NCBI RefSeq assembly: GCF_035998705.1
Contig: NZ_DASYHH010000021.1
Coordinates: 141,036-205,035 of the forward strand
Length of the DNA: 64,000 nt
Direction of reading: 5' to 3'
Source of the DNA: Shinella sp.
Lineage (GTDB): Bacteria; Pseudomonadota; Alphaproteobacteria; Rhizobiales; Rhizobiaceae
The translations under genes were made by a program, and so were the position numbers. Below, piece by piece: positions 49,327 through 59,463 of the stretch. Position 1 is the stretch's first letter. Each line of letters starts with the position of its first letter. The notes below the pieces were generated by a model. The model was not told the DNA's origin and did no database searches. It was given only the letters and a program-made list of their open reading frames with translations.

Positions 49327-49818
49327 TCAGCCGAGCGGCACACCCTGCCGGAAGGCGAGCGCGAAAAGCCCGACGGCGGCGAGCGAGCCGAGCGTGCGCA
49401 CATGGTTCCATGGCGTCCAGACGTCGAGATAGCGCTGCCAGAGGGCCGCCTGTTCCGGGCTGCCGGCGGGGGCCGCGGCGAGCGCATCGTTGAGCGGCAC
49501 GTTGAAGACCATCGTCACGCCGATGACCGCAACGAGGAAGACCACGCCGCCAGCCAAGGCCATGAGCCCGCCGGCCCCGCCCTGCAGGAAGCCGATGATG
49601 ACGAGTGCGAGCGACAAAACCGCCGCGCCGAAGAAGGCCGTGGCAAACCAGGGGTTCAGGATAACGACATTGATGGCGTTCATCGCCGCCGCCCCTTCCG
49701 CCGGCGTCAGGCGCGCGAAGGCGGCCATGATGCAGACGGAAAAGATGAAGAACAGGCCGGCATTGAGCGCTGCCGCAAGGATGGCGAAAAAGGTCAGGAT
49801 AGGGAAAACGCTTGCCAT
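49327..49818 (-). CDS. DUF1772/anthrone oxygenase family membrane protein
   Basis: GLFFIFSVCIM, FNVPLNDAL, WTPWNHVRT. Confidence 0.88.
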   Translation of the reverse strand: MASVFPILTFFAILAAALNAGLFFIFSVCIMAAFARLTPAEGAAAMNAINVVILNPWFATAFFGAAVLSLALVIIGFLQGGAGGLMALAGGVVFLVAVIGVTMVFNVPLNDALAAAPAGSPEQAALWQRYLDVWTPWNHVRTLGSLAAVGLFALAFRQGVPLG

Positions 49819-49820
49819 GA

Positions 49821-50645
49821 TCAGGTCCTCCAGAAACCGGTTGCCGCGACGTCGCGGGCGAAATCGGCAAAATCGCGCGGCGGGCGGCCGAGCACCTGCT
49901 CGACATCGGTCCTCAGAGATTCGTTCCGCCCGTCGAGCACCGAGCCGAACAGGTAGGTGACGAGCCAGATGACATCCTCCGCAACGCCCGCCTCCCGCAG
50001 GATGCCGGCATAGGCCGCGACGGTGACCGGCGTATAGGCGACCGCGCGCCCGCCCGCCGCGGAAAATTCCGCCAGTGCCTCACGAAAGGTCATCAGCCGC
50101 GAGCCGGTCAGTTCATAGGTCCTGCCGGCATGCCCCTCCTCCGTCAGCGCCGCCACCGCCATGTCGGCAATGTCGCGCGTATCGACGAAGGGCTCGCGGA
50201 CCGTGCTGGAGGGCAGCACCAGCTCGCCCGCCAGTATCTGTTCGGCAAACAGGCCTTCGCTGAAATTCTGGAAGAACCAGCTGCCGCGCAGCACGGTCCA
50301 CGGGATGCCCGCTTCCTTCATCGCCGCCTCGCTCGCCTCCGCCGCATCCTCGCCGCGGCCGGAAAGCAGCACGATGCGCTGGACGCCGGCCTCGGCGGCA
50401 AGGCGGGAAAGCCGGCGGATATCGTCGTCCGAGCCCGGCACCGCGAGGTCCGGCTGATAGGCGATGTAGAGCGCATCCACATCCGCCAGCACCGCCGGCC
50501 AGCCGGACGCATCGCGCCAGTCGAACGGGATGTCCGCCGAGCGCGAGGCGACCCGCACCGCATAACCCTTCTCCCGCAATCTTTCGGCGATCGGCCGCCC
50601 CGTCTTGCCTTCGCCACCCAGAAGCAGAATGCGCTTGTTCGTCAT
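49821..50645 (-). CDS. NmrA-like NAD(P)H-binding protein
   Basis: LLGGEGKTG, PFDWRD, LLSGRGE, WFFQNFSEG, RPPRDFADF. Confidence 0.88.
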   Translation of the reverse strand: MTNKRILLLGGEGKTGRPIAERLREKGYAVRVASRSADIPFDWRDASGWPAVLADVDALYIAYQPDLAVPGSDDDIRRLSRLAAEAGVQRIVLLSGRGEDAAEASEAAMKEAGIPWTVLRGSWFFQNFSEGLFAEQILAGELVLPSSTVREPFVDTRDIADMAVAALTEEGHAGRTYELTGSRLMTFREALAEFSAAGGRAVAYTPVTVAAYAGILREAGVAEDVIWLVTYLFGSVLDGRNESLRTDVEQVLGRPPRDFADFARDVAATGFWRT

Positions 50646-50657
50646 GTCTCCGCCCTC

Positions 50658-50709
50658 CAAAATGTGAGCATCACTCATGTTTGCAAAATGTGAGGAATCC
50701 TCGTATTTG
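50658..50709. promoter_or_regulatory. Two tandem 26-bp imperfect palindromes CAAAATGTGAG-N5-CTCRTRTTTG, likely TetR operators
   Basis: Units at 50658-50683 and 50684-50709 between divergent NmrA and TetR genes. Confidence 0.65.
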
Positions 50710-50770
50710 TCAAGCGCGATTATGCGAGCCTTTGGAGCAGACGGTGGAACGAGAGCCGAGCGAAACGCAG

Positions 50771-51364
50771 ATGCGTCGCGCGCCGACCCAGAAACGCAGC
50801 CGCGAGCGGGTGGACGCCATCCTTGCCAATGCGACGGAGATGATCGCCGAAACGGGGAGCGACGCGCTGCGCATGAGCGAGCTCGCCCAGCGCACGGGCA
50901 TCTCGATCGGCTCGCTCTACCAGTATTTTCCCGACAAGAGCGCCGTCGTGCATGCGCTCGCCGAACGCTGCAACGAGGATAGCCGCGCCTGCATCGCCGA
51001 AGGCCTCGCCACGGTCGAAAGCATGGACGAACTCGGCACCGCCTTCGCCAGCCTGATCGATACCTACTACGCGATCTTCCTCGCCGAACCCGTCATCCGC
51101 GACATCTGGTCGGCGGTGCAGGCGGATGGGGCGTTGCGGGCCATGGAGGTCGAGGAAAGCCGGCGCAACGGCGCGCTGCTCGCCGCCCGGCTGACGGCGC
51201 TGCGGCCTCAGGCCGATCCGCAAAAGATCGAGGCGACCGCTCTTCTCGTCATGCATCTCGGTGAGGCGACCATGCGCCTTTCCGTCTCGGTCGCGCGGGC
51301 GGAGGGCGACCGTCTGGTCGAGGCCTACAAGCGCATGGCGATCCACGAGCTGATGGCGCTTTGA
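50771..51364 (+). CDS. TetR/AcrR family regulator (start uncertain)
   Basis: PTQKRSRERVDAIL, LAQRTGISIGSLYQYFPDK. Confidence 0.92.
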   Translation: MRRAPTQKRSRERVDAILANATEMIAETGSDALRMSELAQRTGISIGSLYQYFPDKSAVVHALAERCNEDSRACIAEGLATVESMDELGTAFASLIDTYYAIFLAEPVIRDIWSAVQADGALRAMEVEESRRNGALLAARLTALRPQADPQKIEATALLVMHLGEATMRLSVSVARAEGDRLVEAYKRMAIHELMAL

Positions 51365-51368
51365 GTGT

Positions 51369-52466
51369 TCAAGCGCGTTTGCGGGCGCGGCGCTGTTCCA
51401 GCACGTCCGCGGCTTCCAGCAGCGTATCGAAGATGTAGGAAATCTTCTCGCCCCGCGTCTCGCCATACCAGATCTGCGGCACCATCACCCGAAAGCGGGT
51501 CTCCAGAAGATCGGCAAGCGCCTCGGTATCCCCCATCCATTCGAGCATGTCGGCGTAAAGGTTCATCACGCTCGGTGCCGGGAAGCGGGCAAGCAGGTCT
51601 TCGAAGCCCTGCTTGACGAGGGCCGGATCGCAGAGCGTATCGGCAAGCTCGTGATCGCCGACATCGGTGTTCGCCTGCTGGATCAGCGCATAGAAGCCGA
51701 GGCCGAAGCACTCCCGGGTCAGCTCCACCGCCCGCCGGGCGAAGTTTTCGAGGTCCTGCGCGTCGCGGCCGAGCCAGCGCGGCATGATCATGCGGGCATG
51801 CGCCCGGCAGAGATCGACATTGTAGCGGTCGAGCAGCCAGGCCCGCTCGAAACGCGCCTTGAAGATGTCGAAACTGCCCTCGTTCGCCGCGCGGCGGTAG
51901 TCGCTCATCCGCCAGCTGAAATTCTCCGGGTCCGGATGGCTGTCGAGCACCTCGTCCGCTTCCTTCAAAAGCTCCTCGTAGCTCTTCCACTGCTCCGGCC
52001 GCACGAAGCGTCCATAGGCGGTGCCGCGCCGCGCGAAGGCGGTTACGCGCAGTGCATCGGCATAGGTGGCGGCGGAAAACGGCGACGGGCTGCGCTGGAA
52101 GAACGCCCGGAACGGCTTGAGCATCTCCTCATGCGCCGGCGCCTCCTCGTCCGGCAGCTCCAGGAAGGGTTCGAAGAACCAGTCCTTCACCAGGGAATAA
52201 TGCGGCCGGCCGCTTTGAGCGATCACGCCGCCGGCCCGTGCGGCCTCGAAGGCGCGCTGGTAGGCCTCGAAATCGCCGTTGCCCCAGGCGATCCGCATGG
52301 CGTCGCGCTGCGGAACGAGGTCCGGGAGCTCGTCATAGAGGTCGACGAGATAGAGATCGTAGTCGCGGACCAGCAGCTCCTGCGGCGAAAGCGGCTCCGC
52401 CGGCGCGCGCTCCGCCCGGCCGAACATCCTGTTGCGAAGCGTGCTGAAAATATCCTTGAAGCCCAT
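51369..52466 (-). CDS. Hypothetical protein, DUF4034-like
   Basis: AFARRGTAY..QW and MPRWLG segments resemble DUF4034 proteins; recognition by eye only. Confidence 0.55.
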   Translation of the reverse strand: MGFKDIFSTLRNRMFGRAERAPAEPLSPQELLVRDYDLYLVDLYDELPDLVPQRDAMRIAWGNGDFEAYQRAFEAARAGGVIAQSGRPHYSLVKDWFFEPFLELPDEEAPAHEEMLKPFRAFFQRSPSPFSAATYADALRVTAFARRGTAYGRFVRPEQWKSYEELLKEADEVLDSHPDPENFSWRMSDYRRAANEGSFDIFKARFERAWLLDRYNVDLCRAHARMIMPRWLGRDAQDLENFARRAVELTRECFGLGFYALIQQANTDVGDHELADTLCDPALVKQGFEDLLARFPAPSVMNLYADMLEWMGDTEALADLLETRFRVMVPQIWYGETRGEKISYIFDTLLEAADVLEQRRARKRA

Positions 52467-52644
52467 CTCGATCTGCTTTCTCCGCCCGAAGGCAAGTCCC
52501 GTTCCCGGCGTCCGAAAATCGCCGGAACAGCAATCTGACGGTCGCGGGCCGGCGGCTATTCGCCGGCATCACCGATATTTGAACTGCGCCCGTCCTTTCC
52601 TTGCGCGGTTCGTGATACATTTGCCGTCCGGGATATGCACATAG

Positions 52645-53445
52645 GTGATGGCCATGCTGACAGTGCTTGCCTTGCTGATGAGCCTGACGGCCGGCGCCGA
52701 AATCGCCGCCGCCTCCGACCAGGAGGTCGACGTGGAGCTGGTGCTTGCGGTCGACGTCTCCGGCTCGATGGACCTGGAGGAAGCGCAGGTGCAGCGCGCC
52801 GGCTATGTCGATGCGCTCAGACATCCCGATTTCGTCAATGCCGTGCGCGACGGCCTGACCGGCCGCATCGCCATCAGCTATTTCGAATGGGCCGGCACGA
52901 TCCGCGACAGTTCCCACCTGCCCTGGCAGATCATCTCCGGGCCGGAAGACGCCAACGCCTTTGCAGCCCAACTGGAGGCCCGCCCGATCGCCACGCGCCG
53001 CGGCACGTCGATCTCCGGCGCCATCGTCTACGGCGCGAAACTCTTCGATGGAAACGGCTATTCCGGCATGCGCCGCGTCATCGATGTCTCCGGCGACGGC
53101 CCGAACAATTTCGGACCGCCCGTGACGCCGGCCCGCGATGCCGCCACCGCGCTCGGCATTATCATCAACGGCCTCGCCATCATGATCCGCCCCTCGGCCG
53201 CCTACGGCTCGCTCGACGACTATTATTCGAACTGCGTCATCGGCGGCCCGGGCGCCTTCGTGCTGCCGGTGCAGGAGCCGGAGGATTTCGCCATCGCCAT
53301 CCGCCGCAAGCTGATCCTCGAAGTCAGCGGCGCCGAGCCGCCCGCCCGCGTGATCCGCGCCGCCGGCCAGAGCGCCGACTGCATGATCGGCGAGAAACTC
53401 AGGCCCAGCTACATGGAACGCTACTACCCGGAACTCGACCGGTAA
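52645..53445 (+). CDS. DUF1194 (vWA-like) secreted protein
   Basis: Signal peptide; LVLAVDVSGS, RRVIDVSGDGPNN, CVIGGPGAF. Confidence 0.9.
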   Translation: MMAMLTVLALLMSLTAGAEIAAASDQEVDVELVLAVDVSGSMDLEEAQVQRAGYVDALRHPDFVNAVRDGLTGRIAISYFEWAGTIRDSSHLPWQIISGPEDANAFAAQLEARPIATRRGTSISGAIVYGAKLFDGNGYSGMRRVIDVSGDGPNNFGPPVTPARDAATALGIIINGLAIMIRPSAAYGSLDDYYSNCVIGGPGAFVLPVQEPEDFAIAIRRKLILEVSGAEPPARVIRAAGQSADCMIGEKLRPSYMERYYPELDR

Positions 53446-53597
53446 CGCGCGTGAAAATCTGCCGTTAAGCTGCGGCACCGACGTGGTTTTAGCCGAAAAT
53501 CCGCCCCTCCTCGGCCGCGCCGCGACCGGCTTTTTCCTGATTCAAAAACAACAGCTCGTCGCAAGCTATTCCTTTTAAACGGAAATCGTGCTTATAT

Positions 53598-53611
53598 TGA
53601 ATGAACGTTCA
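53598..53611. promoter_or_regulatory. BetI-like operator site 1 (TGAATGAACGTTCA)
   Basis: Palindromic; 20 bp upstream of the Rieske start; matches sites at 56423 and 62265. Confidence 0.75.
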
Positions 53612-53630
53612 GCAAAATAAGGGGAGCGAC

Positions 53631-54830
53631 ATGAACGAGATGATCCGCGATATCAACGTTCCGAACGACTGGGACAGGAGCGGACTTCCGGGCTGGTGTT
53701 ATCACAGCCCCGCCCTTCTCGAGCTGGAGAAGCAGCATGTTTTCCGCGAGCACTGGCAGATCGCCTGCCACGTCTCCGACATTCCCGAGCCCGGCAACTA
53801 CCTTGCCATGGACGTCGTCGGCGAGCGCGCGCTCATCCTGCGCGGGCAGGACGGCACCGTGCGCGCCTTCCACAATATCTGCCGCCACCGCGGCTCGCGC
53901 CTCGTCGCCGACGAGACGGGCACGTGCCGCAACGCGCTTGTCTGTCCCTTCCACGGCTGGGTCTACAATCTCGACGGCACCTTGCGCGGCGCCGCGCGCC
54001 CCCGCAGTTTCCCGCCGCTCGACAAGGACGAGTTCGCGCTGAAATCGCTCGAATGCGAGATCTGGATGGGTTTCGTCTTCATCCGCTTCGCGCCCGGCCC
54101 GCAGCCCTCCGTCGCCGAGCTGATGAAGCCCTTCGAGGACGAACTTTCGCATTACCGTTCCGAGGAGATGGTGCCCACCGGCGGTATCTGGACGCAGGAA
54201 AGTCCGGTCAACTGGAAGTCCGTGCGCGACGTCGACAACGAGGGCTACCATGTCGCCATGGCCCACCCGGCCCTTCAGGACCTCTATGGCTCGACCTATT
54301 ACGACGAGCCCTTCGTCGACGGCCTCTGCCGGTCCTTCGCCACCTACAATCCCCATGCCGGCCGGCGCTGGAGCGTGCGCAACTACGTCAGGATATCGCA
54401 GGACAACCCGCGGCTTCCCGAACGGCTGCGCAAGGCCTGGATCTATTTCGGCCTGTTCCCGAACTGCGTCATCGCGGTGACGCCGGAGACCATGCAGTTC
54501 TACCAGGAATTCCCCATCGGCGTCGGCAGGACGTTGCTGCGCGGCGGCATCTACCGCTACCGCGACGAGGACCGCGCCCAGCGCCTCGCCCGCTACCTCG
54601 CCTACCGCATCGATCGCGACACGCAGTCCGAGGACGTGCAGCTCACCGTCTGGTCGAACGAGGCGATGACCTCGAACGCCTTTGCCGGCTTCTACCTCTC
54701 CGACCTCGAATATGGCGTGCGCACCCACCACGACCACATTCGCAAGGTGCTGCCGGTGGTGACGCTGAAGGAGGCGCCGGAAGAGACGGCGATGGCGGAG
54801 GTCAATGCCGGCCTCGCCGAAAGCCGCTAA
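53631..54830 (+). CDS. Rieske non-heme iron oxygenase alpha subunit (choline monooxygenase/GbcA/CntA-like group)
   Basis: CRHRG..CPFHGW Rieske ligands; EGYHVAMAH and a C-terminal ED for mononuclear Fe; AAGGGGAG RBS before 53631. Confidence 0.92.
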   Translation: MNEMIRDINVPNDWDRSGLPGWCYHSPALLELEKQHVFREHWQIACHVSDIPEPGNYLAMDVVGERALILRGQDGTVRAFHNICRHRGSRLVADETGTCRNALVCPFHGWVYNLDGTLRGAARPRSFPPLDKDEFALKSLECEIWMGFVFIRFAPGPQPSVAELMKPFEDELSHYRSEEMVPTGGIWTQESPVNWKSVRDVDNEGYHVAMAHPALQDLYGSTYYDEPFVDGLCRSFATYNPHAGRRWSVRNYVRISQDNPRLPERLRKAWIYFGLFPNCVIAVTPETMQFYQEFPIGVGRTLLRGGIYRYRDEDRAQRLARYLAYRIDRDTQSEDVQLTVWSNEAMTSNAFAGFYLSDLEYGVRTHHDHIRKVLPVVTLKEAPEETAMAEVNAGLAESR

Positions 54831-54842
54831 ACCACCGACATG

Positions 54843-54870
54843 AAAAAGAGGCCCGCTTTCGCGGGCCTCA
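54843..54870. terminator. Terminator between convergent Rieske and aminotransferase genes
   Basis: AAAAA-GAGGCCCGC-TTTC-GCGGGCCTC. Confidence 0.8.
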
Positions 54871-54921
54871 AACGTTTGGACCGGGGAATGTCGGTCCAAA
54901 CAGGGTCTTGTCCGGAAGGGC

Positions 54922-56358
54922 TCAGCCCTTCCAGAGCCCTTCGCGGGTCAGGTCGTCCATGGTGAGTTCGATGCCGCGGCGCAGGATCGAAGCCATGTCG
55001 TCGATCTGCGCTGTCGAGATGGTGAGCGGCGGCGACATCACGCACATGCTGATGAGCGGGCGCACCAGAAGGCCGAGTTCCTGGCAATGCCGGTCGATGC
55101 GTTTTCCCACTTCGAGATCGAGCGTCAGCGGATTGTTGCTGACCCGGTCGGCGACGCATTCGACGCAGGCCATGAGGCCGAGACCGCGCACTTCGCCGAC
55201 CAGCGGCAGGTCTTCCAGCGCCTTCAGGCTCTTCTGGAAATGATCCGACACCGCCCGTGCATGCGCCAAAAGGCCGCCTTCCAGGATGTCGAGGTTCTTC
55301 AGCGCCACGGCGCAGCCGACCGGATGGCTGGAATAGGTGAGCCCGTGCGCAAACATCGCCTCCGAATGGTTCGAACGGCGCAACTCCTCGAACAGCCGGC
55401 CTGCGATCATCACGCCGCCGAGCGGGAAATAACCGGAGGTGACGCCCTTGGCGAAGGTGATCATGTCCGGCTCGATATCGAAAACATCCTTCGACGCGAA
55501 GACATGGCCGAGGCGCCCGAAGGCCGTCACTACCTCGTCGGCGATGAAGAGGATGTCGTTGGCCCGGCAAAGCGCGTGCATGCGCTTGAGGTATCCCGCG
55601 GGCGGCACGATGACGCCGCCAGAGGCCATGACGGGCTCGGCAATGAAGGCGCCGATAGTTTCGGCCCCCTTCTCTTCTATGACCTGCCGGAATTCCTCAA
55701 CGAGGAAGTCGCAGAACGCCTCTTCCGTAATGCCTTCCGGCCGGCGGAACGGGTCCGGGCAGGAGAGTTTGACGACGAGATCCGACGCGCTGTCCATCCA
55801 GTCGTGGTCGCGCGGCCGGCCGTTGAGCGAGGCGGAGAGATAGGTCGAACCGTGATAGCCGCCCTGCCGGGAGACGATCAGCTTCTTCTCCGGCCGCCCC
55901 TTCACATTGTTGGCGAACTGCATGAAGCGCAGCGCCGTCTCCACCGCCGAGGAACCGCCCGTCGTGTAGAAAACGTGGTCGACGCCGTCGGGCGCGTGCT
56001 CGGCGAGTCGGGCAGAGAGCACAGCAGAGGGTGTGTTCGTCGTGTACCAGGGCGAATTGTAGGATAGCTCCATGGCCTGCGACGCCATGACGTCGGCCAA
56101 TTCCTTGTTGCGGTGCCCGGCATTGACGCACCACATGCCGGCAGGCCCGTCGATCAGCTTTCTGCCGCTGGCATCCGTCACATAGATGCCCTCGCCCGAC
56201 TCGATTCGCCCGCGTGCCTCGGCACCGATCGAGCCCGACATCGGCCAAGGCTGCACCAGGTGGCGCTCGGCAAGGCGGGTGATCTCGTCGCCCGCCGCCT
56301 CGCCAGCACGCAGGTCCTCGTTCGCCGTCTTCGGAATTGCCGCCATGTCCCGCTCCAT
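54922..56358 (-). CDS. Class III (omega-amine) PLP aminotransferase
   Basis: GMWCVNAGH, GGSSAVETA, YHGST, IADEVVTAFGR, TFAKGVTSGYFPLG. Confidence 0.93.
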   Translation of the reverse strand: MERDMAAIPKTANEDLRAGEAAGDEITRLAERHLVQPWPMSGSIGAEARGRIESGEGIYVTDASGRKLIDGPAGMWCVNAGHRNKELADVMASQAMELSYNSPWYTTNTPSAVLSARLAEHAPDGVDHVFYTTGGSSAVETALRFMQFANNVKGRPEKKLIVSRQGGYHGSTYLSASLNGRPRDHDWMDSASDLVVKLSCPDPFRRPEGITEEAFCDFLVEEFRQVIEEKGAETIGAFIAEPVMASGGVIVPPAGYLKRMHALCRANDILFIADEVVTAFGRLGHVFASKDVFDIEPDMITFAKGVTSGYFPLGGVMIAGRLFEELRRSNHSEAMFAHGLTYSSHPVGCAVALKNLDILEGGLLAHARAVSDHFQKSLKALEDLPLVGEVRGLGLMACVECVADRVSNNPLTLDLEVGKRIDRHCQELGLLVRPLISMCVMSPPLTISTAQIDDMASILRRGIELTMDDLTREGLWKG

Positions 56359-56422
56359 CGATTATTTACCAAGAGGATATCGCATACAACAATATGAAAG
56401 AGTTTAGGTTTCCCAATCATAT

Positions 56423-56436
56423 TGAATGTTCGTTCA
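56423..56436. promoter_or_regulatory. BetI-like operator site 2 (TGAATGTTCGTTCA, flanked by AT..ATCAAT)
   Basis: In the divergent aminotransferase/ABC promoter region. Confidence 0.78.
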
Positions 56437-56604
56437 ATCAATATTGCAGAACTGGGGCTTGATTTCAACGGGGATTTGAGCGCATGTTGTCTTCAGGGAA
56501 CACGAGAGTGCCGGATACGGAAACTCCTCAAGCCGAAAAGGCGCACATATGGGAATGGGAAGCCTCACGCTCTATGAATGTTGCCGCGAGCGGAGCCCTG
56601 CCCG

Positions 56605-57522
56605 ATGACGGCGGCGGCGTTCGACAGGATCGCTGACACGCCCGCCCCGGCAAGGCGCCGGGCCTGGACACGCAGCGAAGAGGCCCGCGGCCTCGCCATG
56701 ATCTCGCCGACCTTCCTCTATGCGCTGGCGCTGCTTTTCTTGCCCGTCCTCATCGTCATCGCCTACAGTTTCTGGACCCAGAACTATCTCGACATCGACC
56801 GCACCTTCACGCTGGAAAACTACCGCCAGGCGCTGACCGAACCGATCTACCGCGACCTCTTCATCCGCTCGCTGTGGATCTCGCTGACGGTCAGCGTCGT
56901 CACCGTCGTCTTCTCTTACCCCATCGCCTGGTTCATCTCCTTCCATGGCGGGGTGCACAAAAACCTCTGGCTCTTCCTGATCACCGTACCCTGCTGGACG
57001 AGCTATCTGCTGCGCGTCATGTCCTGGAAGGTCATCCTCGGCTATGGCGGCGTCATGAACACCGGCCTTATCTCGATGGGCCTCATCGACAAGCCGGTGA
57101 CCTCGCTGCTCTACAATTCCAACGCCGTCGTCATCACGCTGGTGCACAGCTGGGCCGCCTTCGCCATCTTGCCGATCTACGTCTCGCTGCAGAAGATCGA
57201 CCGCACCTATATCGAGGCGGCACGCGATCTCGGCGACAGTCGGCTCCGCGCCTTCTTCCGCATCACCCTGCCGCTGTCGCTGCCGGGCGTCGTCTCCGCC
57301 TTCCTGATCGTGATGATACCGACCGTCGGCGACTACGTGACGCCGCGCCTCGTCGGCGGCAAGGACGGCGTGATGATCGCGACCGCCATCCAGGCGCAGT
57401 TCGGCAAGGGCGCGAACTGGCCGCTGGGTGCCGCCCTCTCCGTAACGACCATGATCCTCGTGTCGCTGACGGCCGCAGCCGTCGTGCTGGCGCTGAAATT
57501 CACCGTGCGGAGGATCAAATGA
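56605..57522 (+). CDS. ABC transporter permease (PotB-like)
   Basis: TM helices; EAARDLG EAA loop; NWPLGAALS. Confidence 0.92.
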   Translation: MTAAAFDRIADTPAPARRRAWTRSEEARGLAMISPTFLYALALLFLPVLIVIAYSFWTQNYLDIDRTFTLENYRQALTEPIYRDLFIRSLWISLTVSVVTVVFSYPIAWFISFHGGVHKNLWLFLITVPCWTSYLLRVMSWKVILGYGGVMNTGLISMGLIDKPVTSLLYNSNAVVITLVHSWAAFAILPIYVSLQKIDRTYIEAARDLGDSRLRAFFRITLPLSLPGVVSAFLIVMIPTVGDYVTPRLVGGKDGVMIATAIQAQFGKGANWPLGAALSVTTMILVSLTAAAVVLALKFTVRRIK

Positions 57523-58343
57523 CAATCCTCACGCAACGCTTGCGTTTCATTCCGTGGCTGCCGGTCTATGTCGCGGTCTATTTCCTCTTCCTCTACCTGC
57601 CGATCCTGCTGCTGCCGGTCTTCTCCTTCAACAATGCGGCGACGACGACCTTCCCGCTCGCCGGCTTCACCACCAAATGGTACGCCTCGCTCGCCGGCAA
57701 TTCGGTGATGATGGAAGCGGCCTGGAACAGTCTGGTCGTCGGCATCTCGGTCGCGCTGCTCTCGACGGTGCTCGGCATCTGCGCGGCCCGCGCCATCACG
57801 CGATACCGCTTTCGCGGCCAGAGGGCGGCGGCCGGCCTCATCATGGCGCCGCTCTTCCTGCCGGAAATCATCGTCGCGGTCTCGCTCCTGATGATCGTGC
57901 TCGCGATGGGCATCGAGCTTTCGCTCGTCACCATCATCCTCGGCCAGACCGTGTTCTGCGTGCCCTATGCCATGTCGGTGCTCGTCTCCGGCTTCGAGGG
58001 CTTCGACCGCAGCCTGGAAGAAGCCTCCTACGATCTCGGCGAAACCGCCATCGGCACCTTCCGGCGCGTCACGCTGCCGGTGGTCGCACCGGCCATCGTC
58101 TCCAGCCTGCTCGTTACCTTCACCATCTCGCTCGACGAGTTCATCCTCGCCTTCTTCCTGTCCGGCACCGCGCCGACGCTGCCGGTCTATATCTGGGGCC
58201 AGCTGCGTTTCGCCGCCAAGCTGCCCGGCGTGCTGGCGCTCGGCACGATCATGCTCGTCGCCTCGATCCTCATGCTCACCCTTGCCGAAGTCCTGCGCCG
58301 CCGTGCCGAACGCCGCACGCAATTGGCGCTCATCCTGCCCTAG
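57519..58343 (+). CDS. ABC transporter permease (PotC-like)
   Basis: FLYLPILLL..FSFN, GFTTKWY, EEASYDLG, FTISLDEF. Confidence 0.92.
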   Translation: MTILTQRLRFIPWLPVYVAVYFLFLYLPILLLPVFSFNNAATTTFPLAGFTTKWYASLAGNSVMMEAAWNSLVVGISVALLSTVLGICAARAITRYRFRGQRAAAGLIMAPLFLPEIIVAVSLLMIVLAMGIELSLVTIILGQTVFCVPYAMSVLVSGFEGFDRSLEEASYDLGETAIGTFRRVTLPVVAPAIVSSLLVTFTISLDEFILAFFLSGTAPTLPVYIWGQLRFAAKLPGVLALGTIMLVASILMLTLAEVLRRRAERRTQLALILP

Positions 58344-58353
58344 GAGGCGCGCA

Positions 58354-59463
58354 ATGCCCGACCGTCCCATGATCGAGATCCAGAACGTCTCGAAGTTCTA
58401 CGGCATCTACAAGGCGCTCGACGACGTCTCGCTGACCATCGGCGAAGGTGAGTTCTTCTCGCTGCTCGGCCCCTCCGGCTGCGGCAAGACCACGCTGCTG
58501 CGCTCGATTGCCGGCTTCGAGACGCCGACGGCCGGCGAAATCTTCATCGACGGCGCGCCGTCGCTCGCCCTGCCGCCAAACAAGCGGCCGACCAACATGG
58601 TGTTCCAGAACTACGCCATCTTCCCGCATCTCGACGTCGCCGAAAACGTCGCCTACGGCCTGAAGCGGCTGAAACTCTCGCCGGAAGACGAGAAAAAACG
58701 TGTCGGCGACGCGCTCGACCAGGTCCGCCTCTCGGGCTTCGGCCAACGCAAGGCGCACGAATTGTCCGGCGGCCAGCGCCAGCGCGTGGCGCTCGCCCGC
58801 GCCCTCGTCATGCGTCCGAAAGTATTGCTGCTCGACGAGCCGCTCTCAGCCCTCGACAAGAAGCTGCGCGAGGAAATGCAGGTGGAGCTGCGCACGCTGC
58901 AAAAGGCCGTCGGCATCACCTTCATCCTCGTCACGCACGACCAGTACGAGGCGCTGGCGCTCTCCGACCGCATCGCCGTGATGTTCGGCGGCCGCATCGC
59001 CCAGATCGCGACACCGAAGGAAATCTACCAGCGCCCGCGCACGCGAAAAGTCGCCGATTTCCTCGGCGGCATGAACTTTTTGAAGGCGAAGGTGCTCGGC
59101 GAACAGGGCAATGCCGTCTCGGTTGACGCCGCCCGCTTCGGCGCGGTCAACCTCGACAAGCCGCACGGTTTTAGCGCCACAAACGGCCACGTCACCGTCG
59201 GCATCCGCCCGGAACGCCTGCGCCTCCTGTGGGACGACGACCGCGCCCAGCACGAACTCGCCGGCCGCATTCAGAACCGCGCCTATTTCGGCGAAGTCAC
59301 CCATCTCACCGTCGGCGTCGACGGGCTGGAGCAGCCGCTCTCCATGGTCGAGACCAACGATCACGGCGCAGACGACCTGCCGATCGGTGCAGAAATCCGC
59401 CTCGCCTATGATCCAGATGCGTTCGTGCTTTTGGCAGAAGACGAAGCGGTGCGACGGGTTTGA
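58354..59463 (+). CDS. ABC transporter ATP-binding protein (PotA-like)
   Basis: GPSGCGKT, VFQNYAIFPH, LSGGQRQR, LLDEPLSALD, TOBE-like tail. Confidence 0.95.
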   Translation: MPDRPMIEIQNVSKFYGIYKALDDVSLTIGEGEFFSLLGPSGCGKTTLLRSIAGFETPTAGEIFIDGAPSLALPPNKRPTNMVFQNYAIFPHLDVAENVAYGLKRLKLSPEDEKKRVGDALDQVRLSGFGQRKAHELSGGQRQRVALARALVMRPKVLLLDEPLSALDKKLREEMQVELRTLQKAVGITFILVTHDQYEALALSDRIAVMFGGRIAQIATPKEIYQRPRTRKVADFLGGMNFLKAKVLGEQGNAVSVDAARFGAVNLDKPHGFSATNGHVTVGIRPERLRLLWDDDRAQHELAGRIQNRAYFGEVTHLTVGVDGLEQPLSMVETNDHGADDLPIGAEIRLAYDPDAFVLLAEDEAVRRV

